Below are positions 20,968-29,348 of a stretch of 43,940 nucleotides of DNA, piece by piece (positions within the stretch are counted from its first letter, which is position 1; every line of letters begins with the position of its first letter). Origin of the DNA: Pseudomonadota bacterium. Its GTDB lineage: Bacteria > Pseudomonadota > Gammaproteobacteria > Steroidobacterales > Steroidobacteraceae. The position numbers and the translations under genes are program-made. The stretch covers positions 1 to 43,940 of the forward strand of contig JBDZVF010000001.1 of assembly GCA_040255575.1 (NCBI GenBank). The letters run 5' to 3'. The notes beneath the pieces were generated by a model that was given only the letters and a program-made list of their open reading frames with translations, had not been told where the DNA came from and did not search any database.

Positions 20968-21432
20968 CTACGCCGGCTTGAGCACCATGAGGTAGAAGAC
21001 GATCACGAGCGCTGCGAAAGCCACGACGCCGAGCGCGACCCACCGGCGCAGATAAGTCCAGTACTGCTGCGGCAGGGCCGTTCCATTTGCCAGGCTTTCC
21101 TTCGCCATGCGCCGCATCTGGATTTGCATCCAGACCACCGGAAGCCATGCAGCGCCCGCGACGAGAAACAGGATGATCGACCAGAGGAGCCATGTGCTCG
21201 TGAGCGGATAACCGGCCAGATGCACCATGTAGAAGCCGCTCAGCGGCTGAAGAATCACGGTGGGTGTGGTGAAGCACCAATCCGCAATCACCACGTATCT
21301 GACAACGGTCGCCACCACCCGCGGATCGCGGCTGAGACTTGCGAAGAACATGTAGAACGCCGAGCCGAGCCCTGTGCCGAACAGCACCGTCGACGACAGG
21401 ATATGAACCCACTTGGTCAGCAGGTATTCCAT
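20968..21432 (-). CDS. DUF2269-family integral membrane protein
   Basis: The ATG at 21432 overlaps the upstream stop by 1 nt. The protein has 4 TM helices and starts MEYLLTKWVHILSSTVLFGTGLG. The family call is by recognition only. Confidence 0.65.
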   Translation of the reverse strand: MEYLLTKWVHILSSTVLFGTGLGSAFYMFFASLSRDPRVVATVVRYVVIADWCFTTPTVILQPLSGFYMVHLAGYPLTSTWLLWSIILFLVAGAAWLPVVWMQIQMRRMAKESLANGTALPQQYWTYLRRWVALGVVAFAALVIVFYLMVLKPA

Positions 21433-22703
21433 CAGCGCTTCTCGAGTTGATAGAGCAGGACGAGCGCCGCCAGCATCGGCAGGTTCTTGAGAATCGGCCC
21501 GTACGGATGTCCCCAGAACTCCGGCAGCTTGACGCTGATGATGACGGTGTACACGAGGATCAGGGCTATCTGGATGAGCCACAGTGTCCGCCGTCGCCGC
21601 ACGGCCAGTGTGGCGACGCCGAGTATCAGGTCCAGCCCGGCGGCGGAGTAGAGGAACAGGGGCGCGTACGTACGAGGTACCCCGGTGCGCTGAAGGAGCT
21701 CATAACTCGCTTCGACCGGGAACACACCCAACGAGAGGATTCCGGTCACGATCCACACCGCGGCGATGCTGAGCCGCAGGAGCGGAAGCAGCCAGCTCAA
21801 CGCAGCCAGCTGGCGCGCAGCCGTTCTTTCGGATTCGGTAATGAAGTGGTGCGCTGAGCGGAGCGGGCGTCCGAGCAAGCTTCGCAGCGGCGCGGGATCG
21901 CCTGTATTCCCGCGCATCAGCATCCCGAGGGAGTCGGGATCCAGCAGTGAATCGGTGGCACGATCGGCAATGCGTGCGCCGGCTCGGAGAAGCGGCAAGG
22001 GAATGGAGAAGTAGCAGGCGCGCCCGTAGCCGAGCGAAGTGCGTAGCGCCTGCAAGTAGTCTCGCAGCGAGAGCGCAGCCGGGCCGACGAACGGCACGGT
22101 GTTGCGCACTGCCGCCCTGGACTCGACCAGAGCAATGATGCCCGCGGTGAAGTCGTCCACGTGAACGGGCTGTATCAGCTGCTTCCCGCCTGCTGGGAGC
22201 GGAATGCAAGGCAGGCTCGCCAGCGCGGTGAAGAGGCGCGCGCTCGTGCCATGGGCGCCAAAGACAAGCGACGGCTGCACGATAGTCCAGCCCACCAGCA
22301 GGCTGGCAAGGAACAAGTCGGCCTGCCTCTTGCTTAAGTGATAACGACTGGCAGCGTTCTCGTCCGCGCCCAGCGCGGAGATTTGGATTACATGCTCGAC
22401 GCCCGCGTTTGCGCAGGCTTCGAACAACGCGCCGGGGGATTCGACGTGCAGCGAGCGGAAGGTTTGGCGGCCATGCTCCCTGAAAATCCCGACAGCATTG
22501 ATTACGGTATGTACACCCCGCAGATGGCGCATCCATTTCTCCGGAGTGACTTCGTCCGCGAAGTCGACCGCAACCAGCTCCGTGCAATCTTCACTGGGTT
22601 CGCGCGCTCGCCGCGCGCAGATCACGTCGTGCCCCCGCGCCCGCAGCGCCGCCACGATGTGCCGGCCGAGAAAGCCGGAAGCGCCGGTGACCAGCACCCG
22701 CAT
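21432..22703 (-). CDS. NAD(P)-binding SDR/epimerase-like domain fused to a C-terminal DoxX-like membrane domain
   Basis: The ATG at 22703 gives MRVLVTGASGFLGRHIV, a Rossmann GxxGxxG. YHLSK is the catalytic Y-x3-K. The last ~130 aa form 4 hydrophobic helices of DoxX-like type. The track start at 22706 is a TTG. Confidence 0.8.
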   Translation of the reverse strand: MRVLVTGASGFLGRHIVAALRARGHDVICARRAREPSEDCTELVAVDFADEVTPEKWMRHLRGVHTVINAVGIFREHGRQTFRSLHVESPGALFEACANAGVEHVIQISALGADENAASRYHLSKRQADLFLASLLVGWTIVQPSLVFGAHGTSARLFTALASLPCIPLPAGGKQLIQPVHVDDFTAGIIALVESRAAVRNTVPFVGPAALSLRDYLQALRTSLGYGRACYFSIPLPLLRAGARIADRATDSLLDPDSLGMLMRGNTGDPAPLRSLLGRPLRSAHHFITESERTAARQLAALSWLLPLLRLSIAAVWIVTGILSLGVFPVEASYELLQRTGVPRTYAPLFLYSAAGLDLILGVATLAVRRRRTLWLIQIALILVYTVIISVKLPEFWGHPYGPILKNLPMLAALVLLYQLEKR

Positions 22704-22735
22704 CAACGAGCGTTCCCGACATCGCGAGCGGCAAC

Positions 22736-23305
22736 ATGATCAGCTGGAAGCAGGCGTTCTCGCGCGCGCTGTGGAGTGGTTCCTGGGCGTCCATGCTGTC
22801 GGCCGCGGCGCTCGCCCTCTGCGGCAAGATCGAGCGCAACTCCGCGGCGGCGCCGCTGAACGGCCCCAGCCAGTGGCTCTGGGGAGAGGCCGCGGCGCGG
22901 CGCCGGCGCCTGAGTGTGCGCGAAACGTTGGCGGGCTATCTCGTGCATCATGCCGTCTCGATCGGATGGGCGACGTTGCATGAGAAGTATGCCGCGCGAC
23001 GCGGCCGTTCGCTCGGGCGAGACGCGCTCGCCGTGGCCATCACCGCCGGCACCGCCTGCTTCATGGATTACGCGGTCGCTCGCGGCCGCTTGCGGCCGGG
23101 CTTCGAGAAACACCTGAGCAAGCGCTCGATCGCGCTGGCTTACGGCGCGTTCGCACTCGGGCTGCTCTTGCGCGAGATGCCGCGCAAGGCTTCGGCCGAT
23201 GCCTGGTCCGCGCCGTCCGCGCGGCGCCGTGCGATATCGCCCAGCGAAAGGATGCCGACCAGCCGCTTGTCGCGGTTGACTACGGGAAGCCGCCGCACCT
23301 GCTGA
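22736..23305 (+). CDS. Hypothetical membrane-associated protein
   Basis: ATG start, and third-codon-position G+C is very high throughout, which is the coding signature in this genome. I recognise no family. The last ~55 codons run antisense to the CBS gene with codon third positions aligned, so the tail may be a chance extension. Only 32 nt separate it from the divergent SDR start. Confidence 0.5.
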   Translation: MISWKQAFSRALWSGSWASMLSAAALALCGKIERNSAAAPLNGPSQWLWGEAAARRRRLSVRETLAGYLVHHAVSIGWATLHEKYAARRGRSLGRDALAVAITAGTACFMDYAVARGRLRPGFEKHLSKRSIALAYGAFALGLLLREMPRKASADAWSAPSARRRAISPSERMPTSRLSRLTTGSRRTC

Positions 23306-23589
23306 CTCGCCATATTGCGTGCGACGTCGTCCACATCGTCGTCTTCGTAGCAGTACTTCACGGCTTCGCGCGTCATGACGCGCTCCACGGGCGTGGTGGT
23401 CGGATCGCAGCCGGCCGCGTCGCCCCGGATGACGATATCGCGATCGGTGATCATGCCGACCAGCCGGTCGTTCTCGCCCACGGGCAGGGCGCCGGTATCG
23501 AGCTCGGCCATCATCATCGCCGCTTCCTGCAGCGTGTCGTCGGGGCTTGCGAGCTTCACGTCACGGGACATGATTTCACGGATTTGCAT
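23140..23589 (-). CDS. CBS-pair domain protein
   Basis: The ATG at 23589 has AGGAG 7 nt upstream. There are two CBS repeats (IMSRDVKLASPDDTLQEAA...LPV, VMTREAVKYCYEDDDVDDVARNM...LPVV). Confidence 0.85.
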   Translation of the reverse strand: MQIREIMSRDVKLASPDDTLQEAAMMMAELDTGALPVGENDRLVGMITDRDIVIRGDAAGCDPTTTPVERVMTREAVKYCYEDDDVDDVARNMASQQVRRLPVVNRDKRLVGILSLGDIARRRADGADQASAEALRGISRKSSPSANAP

Positions 23590-23734
23590 GACGGATCTCC
23601 TTCGAGGTAGCCGAGGCAGGCAGCAATTCCTCTGCCTGAACACCCCGAACCCGGATCCTGTGCCGAGAGCGGTGCGGGCCGCGTGGGCACCTGCCTTGCC
23701 GGCCGGTGCATCCAACAAGAATCAAGGCAATCGA

Positions 23735-25540
23735 ATGGCCCCTTCCCGGGTAAGACTCTTCCGCAACTTTCATCGCGCGATCCGTTTCGCGCTGCCCCAG
23801 CGCAACGTGATTCTCGTGATCCTTGCGCTCACGCTGCTGATGGCGGCGGTGAATGCGATCGAACCGCTCGCGCTCAAGTACATCATCGACGCGTTGTCGG
23901 CGCAGTCCCGGTTAGAGCCCGTGGTCAGGGGCTTGCTCGTGCTGGCGGTGCTCGCGCTCACCCGCGAAGTCGCGCATGCGCTTTCCGACTGGCTGATCTG
24001 GCGCACGCGGCTGGGGTTGCAGTACGCGCTGCTCGAGGCCACGGTCGGCAAGCTGCATCAGATGCCGTTGCGCATCCAGCGCAGCCAGGGCGTCGGCGCG
24101 ATCATGACGAAGCTCGATCGCAGCATTCAGGGTTTTGTCGGCGCAGTGACGCAGCTGCTGTTCAACATCCTGCCCGCGGCGCTCTTCCTCGTGGTCTCGA
24201 TGGTCATCATGTTGAGGCTCGAGTATCGGCTCGCGTTGCTGGTGCTCGTGTTCGCGCCGCTGCCCGCGTTGATCGCGATGCGCGCGGCGCCCGAGCAGGT
24301 GGCGCGGGAGCGCGTGCTGCTCGATCGGTGGGCGCACATCTATTCGCGCTTCAACGAAGTGCTTTCCGGCATTCTCATCGTGCGCAGCTTCACGATGGAG
24401 GAGGCCGAGAAAAAGCGATTCCTGGGCGATGTGCAGCTCGCGAACGAGGCCGTCATCAAGGGGGTGGCGACGGACGCCGGCTACGGCGCCACGAGCAATC
24501 TCGTGATTGCGGTCGCACGGCTCTCGGCACTCGCGTTCGGCGGATTCCTGGCCGTGAACGGCGAGGTCACGGTGGGCACGGTGGTGGCATTCCTCGGCTA
24601 CGTCGGTGGCTTGTTCGGGCCGATACAGGGCTTGTCTGGCATCTATCAGACGCTGAGCAAGGCGTCGGTGTCGCTGGAGGAAATCTTCGGCATCCTCGAT
24701 GTGCAGGAGTATCTCGGCGATTCACCGGACGCCCACGACCTCACGCACGTGCGCGGCGAGGTCAGCTTCGAGAACGTGCACTTTCGCTATGAGCAGTCCG
24801 GACGCCCGCTGCTCGCCGGGGTCGATCTGCACGTGCCGGCCGGCGAGACGCTGGCGATCGTCGGGCCGAGCGGCTCGGGCAAGACCACGATGATGGCGCT
24901 CCTGATGCGCTTCTATGATCCGATCGAGGGCACCGTGCGGCTCGACGGTCATGACCTGCGCACCATCAGGCAGAGCAGCCTCAGGCGCAACATCGGCGTG
25001 GTGCTGCAGGATCCGTTGCTGTTCAACGATTCCGTGCGGGCCAACATTGCTTACTCGCGCCCGCAGGCGAGCCTCGCGGAAGTGATCGAAGCAGCACAGG
25101 TCGCGAACGTGCACGACACGATCATGCGCCTGGCAGATGGCTACGAGACCAAGGTCGGCGAGCGCGGCGGGCTGCTGTCCGCGGGCGAGCGGCAGCGGAT
25201 CACCATCGCTCGCGCGATTCTGAAGAATCCACGTATCCTCGTGCTCGATGAGGCGACGGCGTCGCTCGATGCGGAGTCGGAAGAAGCGGTGCAGACGGCG
25301 ATCGAGCGGCTGATGGAGGGGCGCACCACGTTCATCATTGCGCACCGGCTGGTCACGGTGGCCAATGCGGATCGCATCATCGTGCTGCGCGCCGGCCGCA
25401 TCACGGAAATGGGCACGCACGCGGAGCTGCTTGCACAGAACGGCTATTACGCATCGCTCGTGCGCCGGCAGAGCCGCGGGCTGATTCCGAACGACCTCAT
25501 CGAAGATCATCCGCGCCGACGCGCCACCGACGTGCCATAG
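23735..25540 (+). CDS. ABC transporter, fused permease/ATP-binding protein (MsbA/exporter type)
   Basis: The ATG at 23735 is in the frame of ORF 23375..25540. Six TM helices are followed by an NBD with Walker A GPSGSGKTT, signature LSAGERQR, Walker B ILVLDEATS and an H-loop IAHR. Confidence 0.9.
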   Translation: MAPSRVRLFRNFHRAIRFALPQRNVILVILALTLLMAAVNAIEPLALKYIIDALSAQSRLEPVVRGLLVLAVLALTREVAHALSDWLIWRTRLGLQYALLEATVGKLHQMPLRIQRSQGVGAIMTKLDRSIQGFVGAVTQLLFNILPAALFLVVSMVIMLRLEYRLALLVLVFAPLPALIAMRAAPEQVARERVLLDRWAHIYSRFNEVLSGILIVRSFTMEEAEKKRFLGDVQLANEAVIKGVATDAGYGATSNLVIAVARLSALAFGGFLAVNGEVTVGTVVAFLGYVGGLFGPIQGLSGIYQTLSKASVSLEEIFGILDVQEYLGDSPDAHDLTHVRGEVSFENVHFRYEQSGRPLLAGVDLHVPAGETLAIVGPSGSGKTTMMALLMRFYDPIEGTVRLDGHDLRTIRQSSLRRNIGVVLQDPLLFNDSVRANIAYSRPQASLAEVIEAAQVANVHDTIMRLADGYETKVGERGGLLSAGERQRITIARAILKNPRILVLDEATASLDAESEEAVQTAIERLMEGRTTFIIAHRLVTVANADRIIVLRAGRITEMGTHAELLAQNGYYASLVRRQSRGLIPNDLIEDHPRRRATDVP

Positions 25541-25549
25541 CCCGGCAGG

Positions 25550-25565
25550 CCCGGGGTTCCCCGGG
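25550..25565. terminator. Short GC hairpin between convergent ABC and pcm genes
   Basis: CCCGGGG TT CCCCGGG is a 7-nt inverted repeat, effectively 6 bp with a 4-nt loop. It lies in the 30-nt convergent gap. There is no U-tract. Confidence 0.35.
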
Positions 25566-25570
25566 GCTGG

Positions 25571-26221
25571 CTAGACCGCGAAGCCCTGTTCGCCAATCAG
25601 CGGCACGAACGCGACCGAGCCGAGATGCTCCTCTTCGTACTCGCTCTGCGCGGTGCGCGTTATCTTGCAGAGACTTTGCTCGCCGGCCCGCTCACCCAGG
25701 GGAATGATGAGCCGGCCGCCGATCGTGAGCTGCTCTTTGAGCGCTTCGGGCGCGACCGGAGCGCTCGCGGCCACGAGGATGGCGTCGAACGGCGCCTGTT
25801 CGGGCCAGCCGCGTCTGCCGTCGCCCGTGCGCAGCTCCACGTTCGCGTAACCGAGCGCCAGCAGCCGTCGGCGCGCCTCGTCGGTGAGCACCGCGTGGCG
25901 CTCGATGCCGTACACCTGCTTCGCAATCCGGCTCATGACGGCCGCGGCGTAGCCGGAGCCCGCGCCGACTTCGAGCACACGATCCTCCGATTGCAGCGTT
26001 GCAGCCTCGATCATCAGCGCGACGATGTAGGGTTGGGAGATTGTCTGACCTGCTTCGATCGGCAATGGTCCATCCTCGTAAGCGAACTCCACGAACTCAT
26101 CGCCGACGAACGCCTCGCGGGGCACGACGCGCATCGCTTGCAGCACGCGCGGGTCGCGAATCCCGCGGCCGGCAATCTGCATGTCGACCATGCGATCGCG
26201 GGCGCGCGCGGCGTCGGGCAT
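25571..26221 (-). CDS. pcm: Protein-L-isoaspartate O-methyltransferase
   Basis: ISQPYIVALMIE and the SAM-binding motif VLEVGAGSGYAAAVMS are present. The length (216 aa) and order are typical of Pcm. Confidence 0.9.
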   Translation of the reverse strand: MPDAARARDRMVDMQIAGRGIRDPRVLQAMRVVPREAFVGDEFVEFAYEDGPLPIEAGQTISQPYIVALMIEAATLQSEDRVLEVGAGSGYAAAVMSRIAKQVYGIERHAVLTDEARRRLLALGYANVELRTGDGRRGWPEQAPFDAILVAASAPVAPEALKEQLTIGGRLIIPLGERAGEQSLCKITRTAQSEYEEEHLGSVAFVPLIGEQGFAV

Positions 26222-26599
26222 CTAGGTGCGTCCGGTGGGGAAGTCGGTGGTGCTGGCGATCTCGTCCTCGCGCGGGCGGGGGCCGTCGGTTTCCGCCAAT
26301 CGGCCGAGGGCGTGCTCGAGCGCGCGCTCCAGTTTGTCCGCGGCACCGTCGATCGCTTCGCGAAGCGTAGGCGCCTGATGGTGGACCACGATGGGTGCGA
26401 CGCCGCCGACGCGCGCCTCCATCATGCAACGCTTGTCCCGTTCGCCATGCTTGGGGCCGTTCACGTCGTTGAGATGCACTTCGACACGGGTAATGCGATC
26501 GGCGAACCGACCCACCGCGTCCATGACGATCGACTCGACGCGCTCTGTGACGGGCTCGGAGCCGAGAATGTGATGATCCGAATTGACCAGAACCTGCAT
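26222..26599 (-). CDS. Short HPF/RaiA-family ribosome-associated (hibernation) protein
   Basis: ATG at 26599. MQVLVNSDHHILGSEPVTERVESIV...RITRVEVHL...LREAIDGAADKLERAL follows the beta-alpha-beta-beta-beta-alpha pattern of sigma-54 modulation/RaiA proteins. The stop abuts the pcm start. Confidence 0.7.
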   Translation of the reverse strand: MQVLVNSDHHILGSEPVTERVESIVMDAVGRFADRITRVEVHLNDVNGPKHGERDKRCMMEARVGGVAPIVVHHQAPTLREAIDGAADKLERALEHALGRLAETDGPRPREDEIASTTDFPTGRT

Positions 26600-26705
26600 G
26601 ATGTCGTCTCTCCCGGGCCGAAAAAGCCTGAGGCTGCGCGGCAGGGGCCGCGGATGCCCGGCCTTGAAGCACTCCGCGTGCCCGATGATACGCGCGATGG
26701 CCTGG

Positions 26706-26730
26706 GGAACCCCTGCGATGGCCTGCCGTT
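26706..26730 (+). promoter_or_regulatory. ECF (EcfG-like) promoter, perfect GGAAC-N16-CGTT
   Basis: GGAAC at 26706-26710, a 16-nt spacer and CGTT at 26727-26730. The site ends 35 nt upstream of the ATG at 26766, inside a 166-nt divergent intergenic region. Confidence 0.6.
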
Positions 26731-26765
26731 GCACCCGCATTCACGAGCACATCGAGGATGAGGCC

Positions 26766-27341
26766 ATGGCCCACAAGAATCGCGCGGTATTCGCAATCTA
26801 CGCTTCACCGGAGCAAGCCGAGCGCGCGGTGAACGCGCTCGTGAACGACGGCTTCGTCTCGCAGGACGTCTCGGTCCTCATGCCCGACACGGAGAGCACG
26901 CGGGCATTCGCGCATCGAAAGGAAACCAAGGCGCCGGAAGGCGCCACCGCGGGCGCGGCCGCGGGCGGCATCGTAGGCGGCACCCTGGGTGTGCTCGTCG
27001 CGCTCGGCAGTCTGGCGATTCCCGGCGTAGGTCCGCTCATCGCTGCCGGGCCGCTGCTGGCCGGCCTTGCGGGCGTGGGGGCGGGCGGCGCCGTGGGCGG
27101 GCTCATCGGCGCGCTCATTGGCATGGGCATCCCCGAGTACGAAGCCAAGCGCTACGCCGGCCGGGTGAAAGATGGCGGCGTGCTGCTATCGGTTCACGTA
27201 GAGACGGACGGCGAAGTGCTGCGCGCGAAGGAAGTGCTGCGTGAAACCGGTGGCGATGACATCGCGAGCGCGGGTGAAGCGGCCGTCAAAGGCGCCGAAC
27301 CCCGCGAGAGCAGGCCGGAACGCACGCACCCTCAGCCCTGA
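26766..27341 (+). CDS. YflT-like general stress protein with a glycine-zipper membrane segment
   Basis: ATG at 26766 with GAGGATGAGG upstream. The N-terminal domain (AVFAIYASPEQAERAVNALVNDGFVSQDVSVLMPD) resembles YflT/general stress protein 17M. It is followed by a Gly/Ala-rich hydrophobic stretch and IPEYEAKRYAGRVKDGGVLLSVHV. Confidence 0.7.
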   Translation: MAHKNRAVFAIYASPEQAERAVNALVNDGFVSQDVSVLMPDTESTRAFAHRKETKAPEGATAGAAAGGIVGGTLGVLVALGSLAIPGVGPLIAAGPLLAGLAGVGAGGAVGGLIGALIGMGIPEYEAKRYAGRVKDGGVLLSVHVETDGEVLRAKEVLRETGGDDIASAGEAAVKGAEPRESRPERTHPQP

Positions 27342-29248
27342 GGGGCGGATTCGAGGTGCCACGGCACCTCGATGACGATCAGCGAAGGACCTCCGGCCTT
27401 CATCAGCTGGAAGCGCAGTCTCGAAGGCCGGAAGGTGTGGAGCAGGTATTGGTACCACCGCTCCCGGACGACTTCCGGAATGAGGATGGCGATGCGCCGG
27501 CCCGGTTCGGCCGCCTGCAGATCGCGCGTCATCTTCAACACGGGCTCGTGCATGGCGCGGAATCGAGCCTCGAGGATGACCAGACGTGGCGGGTTGAGGC
27601 CCGCCGCGCGCGCCGGCGCTTCCACGTCCACGCGCCACTGCTCGCGCAGCTGCCGATCGTTCTCCGAGGCGTCCGGCCCGCGCAGCTGGGCGAGGTGCAC
27701 GGCCAGGACATCCGATGACAGGCTGAGGGCAAATCGAAGGGACTTGTCGGTGAGGCGGTTCCAGCCCTGTGTCGCGACGAGCACGATGGGCGGGCGCAGG
27801 TCGTTCAGCTCCAGCGGCACGGGATCGCGAATATTCCGCTCCAGTCGCGCGTAGTAGCCATGTATGGCTTTCAGCAGCACGATCACAGCCGGGATGACGA
27901 TGACAGTGATCCATGCGCCATGCGAGAACTTGGTCGCCACGATGATCGCGAGCGCGGTGCCCGTGGTCAGCGCGCCCGCGGCATTGACGCCGAGGTGGAA
28001 TACATTCGCGCGCGTGCGTTGCTCGCGAAGCACGCGGCGCCAATGAAAGATCATTCCGGTCTGGGAAATCGTGAACGTCAGGAAGGCGCCCACCGCAAAG
28101 AGCGGGATGAGTCGATCCGTGATGCCGCCGAACACGATGAGCAGCACCCCGGCGCACACGGCGAGATAGACAATCCCCACCGAGAACACCAGCCGATGCC
28201 CGGCGATGGCGAAGGATTTCGGCAGGAACCTGTCGGCGGCCACAGAGCGGCACAGCCTCGGGAAGTCGATGAAGCTCGTGTTCGCGGAAAGCGCCAGGAT
28301 GGCGAGCAGCGAGCCAATGGCAACGTAATAGAACGGACCATTGCCCACCACCGCATGGGCGAGCTGCGAAAGCACGCTCTGGTAACCGGCTTTGGTCTGG
28401 TCCATCGCCCCGATGCGAAAGGAGTGCGCGAGATACGCGATGCCGACGAGCAGCATGCCGAGGATCGCCACGATGCCTCCCAGCGTCGCGTGACCGTTCC
28501 GGGTGCGCGGCTCCCGGAACGCACTCATGGCATTGCTCACCGCTTCGACGCCGGTCATTGCCGTGCAGCCGGCTGCGAAAGCCCTGAGCAGCAGCCATAC
28601 GGAAACGGCTTCGGTCGCCTTGGGAAGCGGCGGCGGTGGGATGACCGGCACCGGATTCCCGGAAGAGGCCATAGTCCGGGCGGCACCGAGCGCCATGATG
28701 ACGAAGAAGCTGCCGACGAAAACGTATGTCGGCACTGCGAGCAGCCGCCCTGTCTCGCGCGTCCCGCGCAGATTGAGCAGAGTAATCAGCATCAGGATGC
28801 CGAGACAGAGTGACAGGATGTGATCGTGCAAGGCCGGCACAGCTGAGACGAGCGCCCCCACTCCCGCCGAGATACCTACGGCGACGTTGAGGACGTAGTC
28901 GATCATGAGCGCCGCCGCTGCAAGCAGGCCCGCGTGGGTGCCCAGGTTTTCGCGCGCCACGATGTACGCGCCGCCGTTGTTGGGATATTCGCGGATCGTC
29001 TGCCAGTACGAGGCAAACAGAATGAGCAGCAACCCGACGATGGGCGCCATCACCCAGCCCACGTAGCTCAGGCTCGCCGCCCCGAGTGGAATCAGTATGG
29101 TGAGAGCGGCTTCCGGCCCGTAAGCCGAGGAGCCCAGGCCATCGAGCCCCATCGCGGGAATGCCTTCGAGCGCCCCGATCTGTCGTTCGCGTTGCTCTGC
29201 ATTGGCGAGGCGGCGGCCGAGAACGAGGTCTGCGAGGCTGACGGGCAC
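27332..29248 (-). CDS. APC-superfamily amino acid/polyamine permease with a ~200-aa cytoplasmic C-terminal domain
   Basis: There are 12 or more TM helices, and the conserved N-terminal stretch LVLGRRLANAEQRERQIGALEGIPAMGLDGLGSSAYGPEAAL is present. The start is uncertain. I favour the GTG at 29248 because candidate promoters lie at 29282-29338. The longest alternatives are ATGs at 29347, 29350 and 29356, which would overlap the divergent yihY start. Confidence 0.8.
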   Translation of the reverse strand: MPVSLADLVLGRRLANAEQRERQIGALEGIPAMGLDGLGSSAYGPEAALTILIPLGAASLSYVGWVMAPIVGLLLILFASYWQTIREYPNNGGAYIVARENLGTHAGLLAAAALMIDYVLNVAVGISAGVGALVSAVPALHDHILSLCLGILMLITLLNLRGTRETGRLLAVPTYVFVGSFFVIMALGAARTMASSGNPVPVIPPPPLPKATEAVSVWLLLRAFAAGCTAMTGVEAVSNAMSAFREPRTRNGHATLGGIVAILGMLLVGIAYLAHSFRIGAMDQTKAGYQSVLSQLAHAVVGNGPFYYVAIGSLLAILALSANTSFIDFPRLCRSVAADRFLPKSFAIAGHRLVFSVGIVYLAVCAGVLLIVFGGITDRLIPLFAVGAFLTFTISQTGMIFHWRRVLREQRTRANVFHLGVNAAGALTTGTALAIIVATKFSHGAWITVIVIPAVIVLLKAIHGYYARLERNIRDPVPLELNDLRPPIVLVATQGWNRLTDKSLRFALSLSSDVLAVHLAQLRGPDASENDRQLREQWRVDVEAPARAAGLNPPRLVILEARFRAMHEPVLKMTRDLQAAEPGRRIAILIPEVVRERWYQYLLHTFRPSRLRFQLMKAGGPSLIVIEVPWHLESAPQG

Positions 29249-29281
29249 GCTCGGGAGCTTCCAAATGCGTTCGTCAGCGCA

Positions 29282-29306
29282 AACTCCCCGCCTGCGGGCT
29301 TGTTCC
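29282..29306 (-). promoter_or_regulatory. ECF-type promoter candidate, GGAAC-N16-AGTT, reading toward the APC permease
   Basis: The minus strand reads GGAAC AAGCCCGCAGGCGGGG AGTT. It is the mirror partner of the site at 29314-29338. Confidence 0.4.
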
Positions 29307-29313
29307 GCAGGTC

Positions 29314-29338
29314 GGAACCGCGTGCCGCCTGACGAGTT
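29314..29338 (+). promoter_or_regulatory. ECF-type promoter candidate, GGAAC-N16-AGTT, reading toward yihY
   Basis: GGAAC at 29314-29318, a 16-nt spacer and AGTT at 29335-29338. The site ends only 10 nt before the ATG at 29349, so the mRNA would be near-leaderless. Confidence 0.4.
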
Positions 29339-29348
29339 GCTCAGCATC

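Noticed and set aside
27186-29264. A 692-aa ORF on the minus strand, and similar long ORFs: 13493..15271 +, 11751..13139 +, 18122..19459 +, 18453..19904 -, 25625..26761 +, 30908..32134 -, 35396..36460 -, 40428..41981 +.
   Set aside because: They are Arg/Ala/Pro/His-rich and low in complexity. Each overlaps, in an alternative or antisense frame, a gene with a clear family signature. These are typical shadow ORFs of high-GC DNA.
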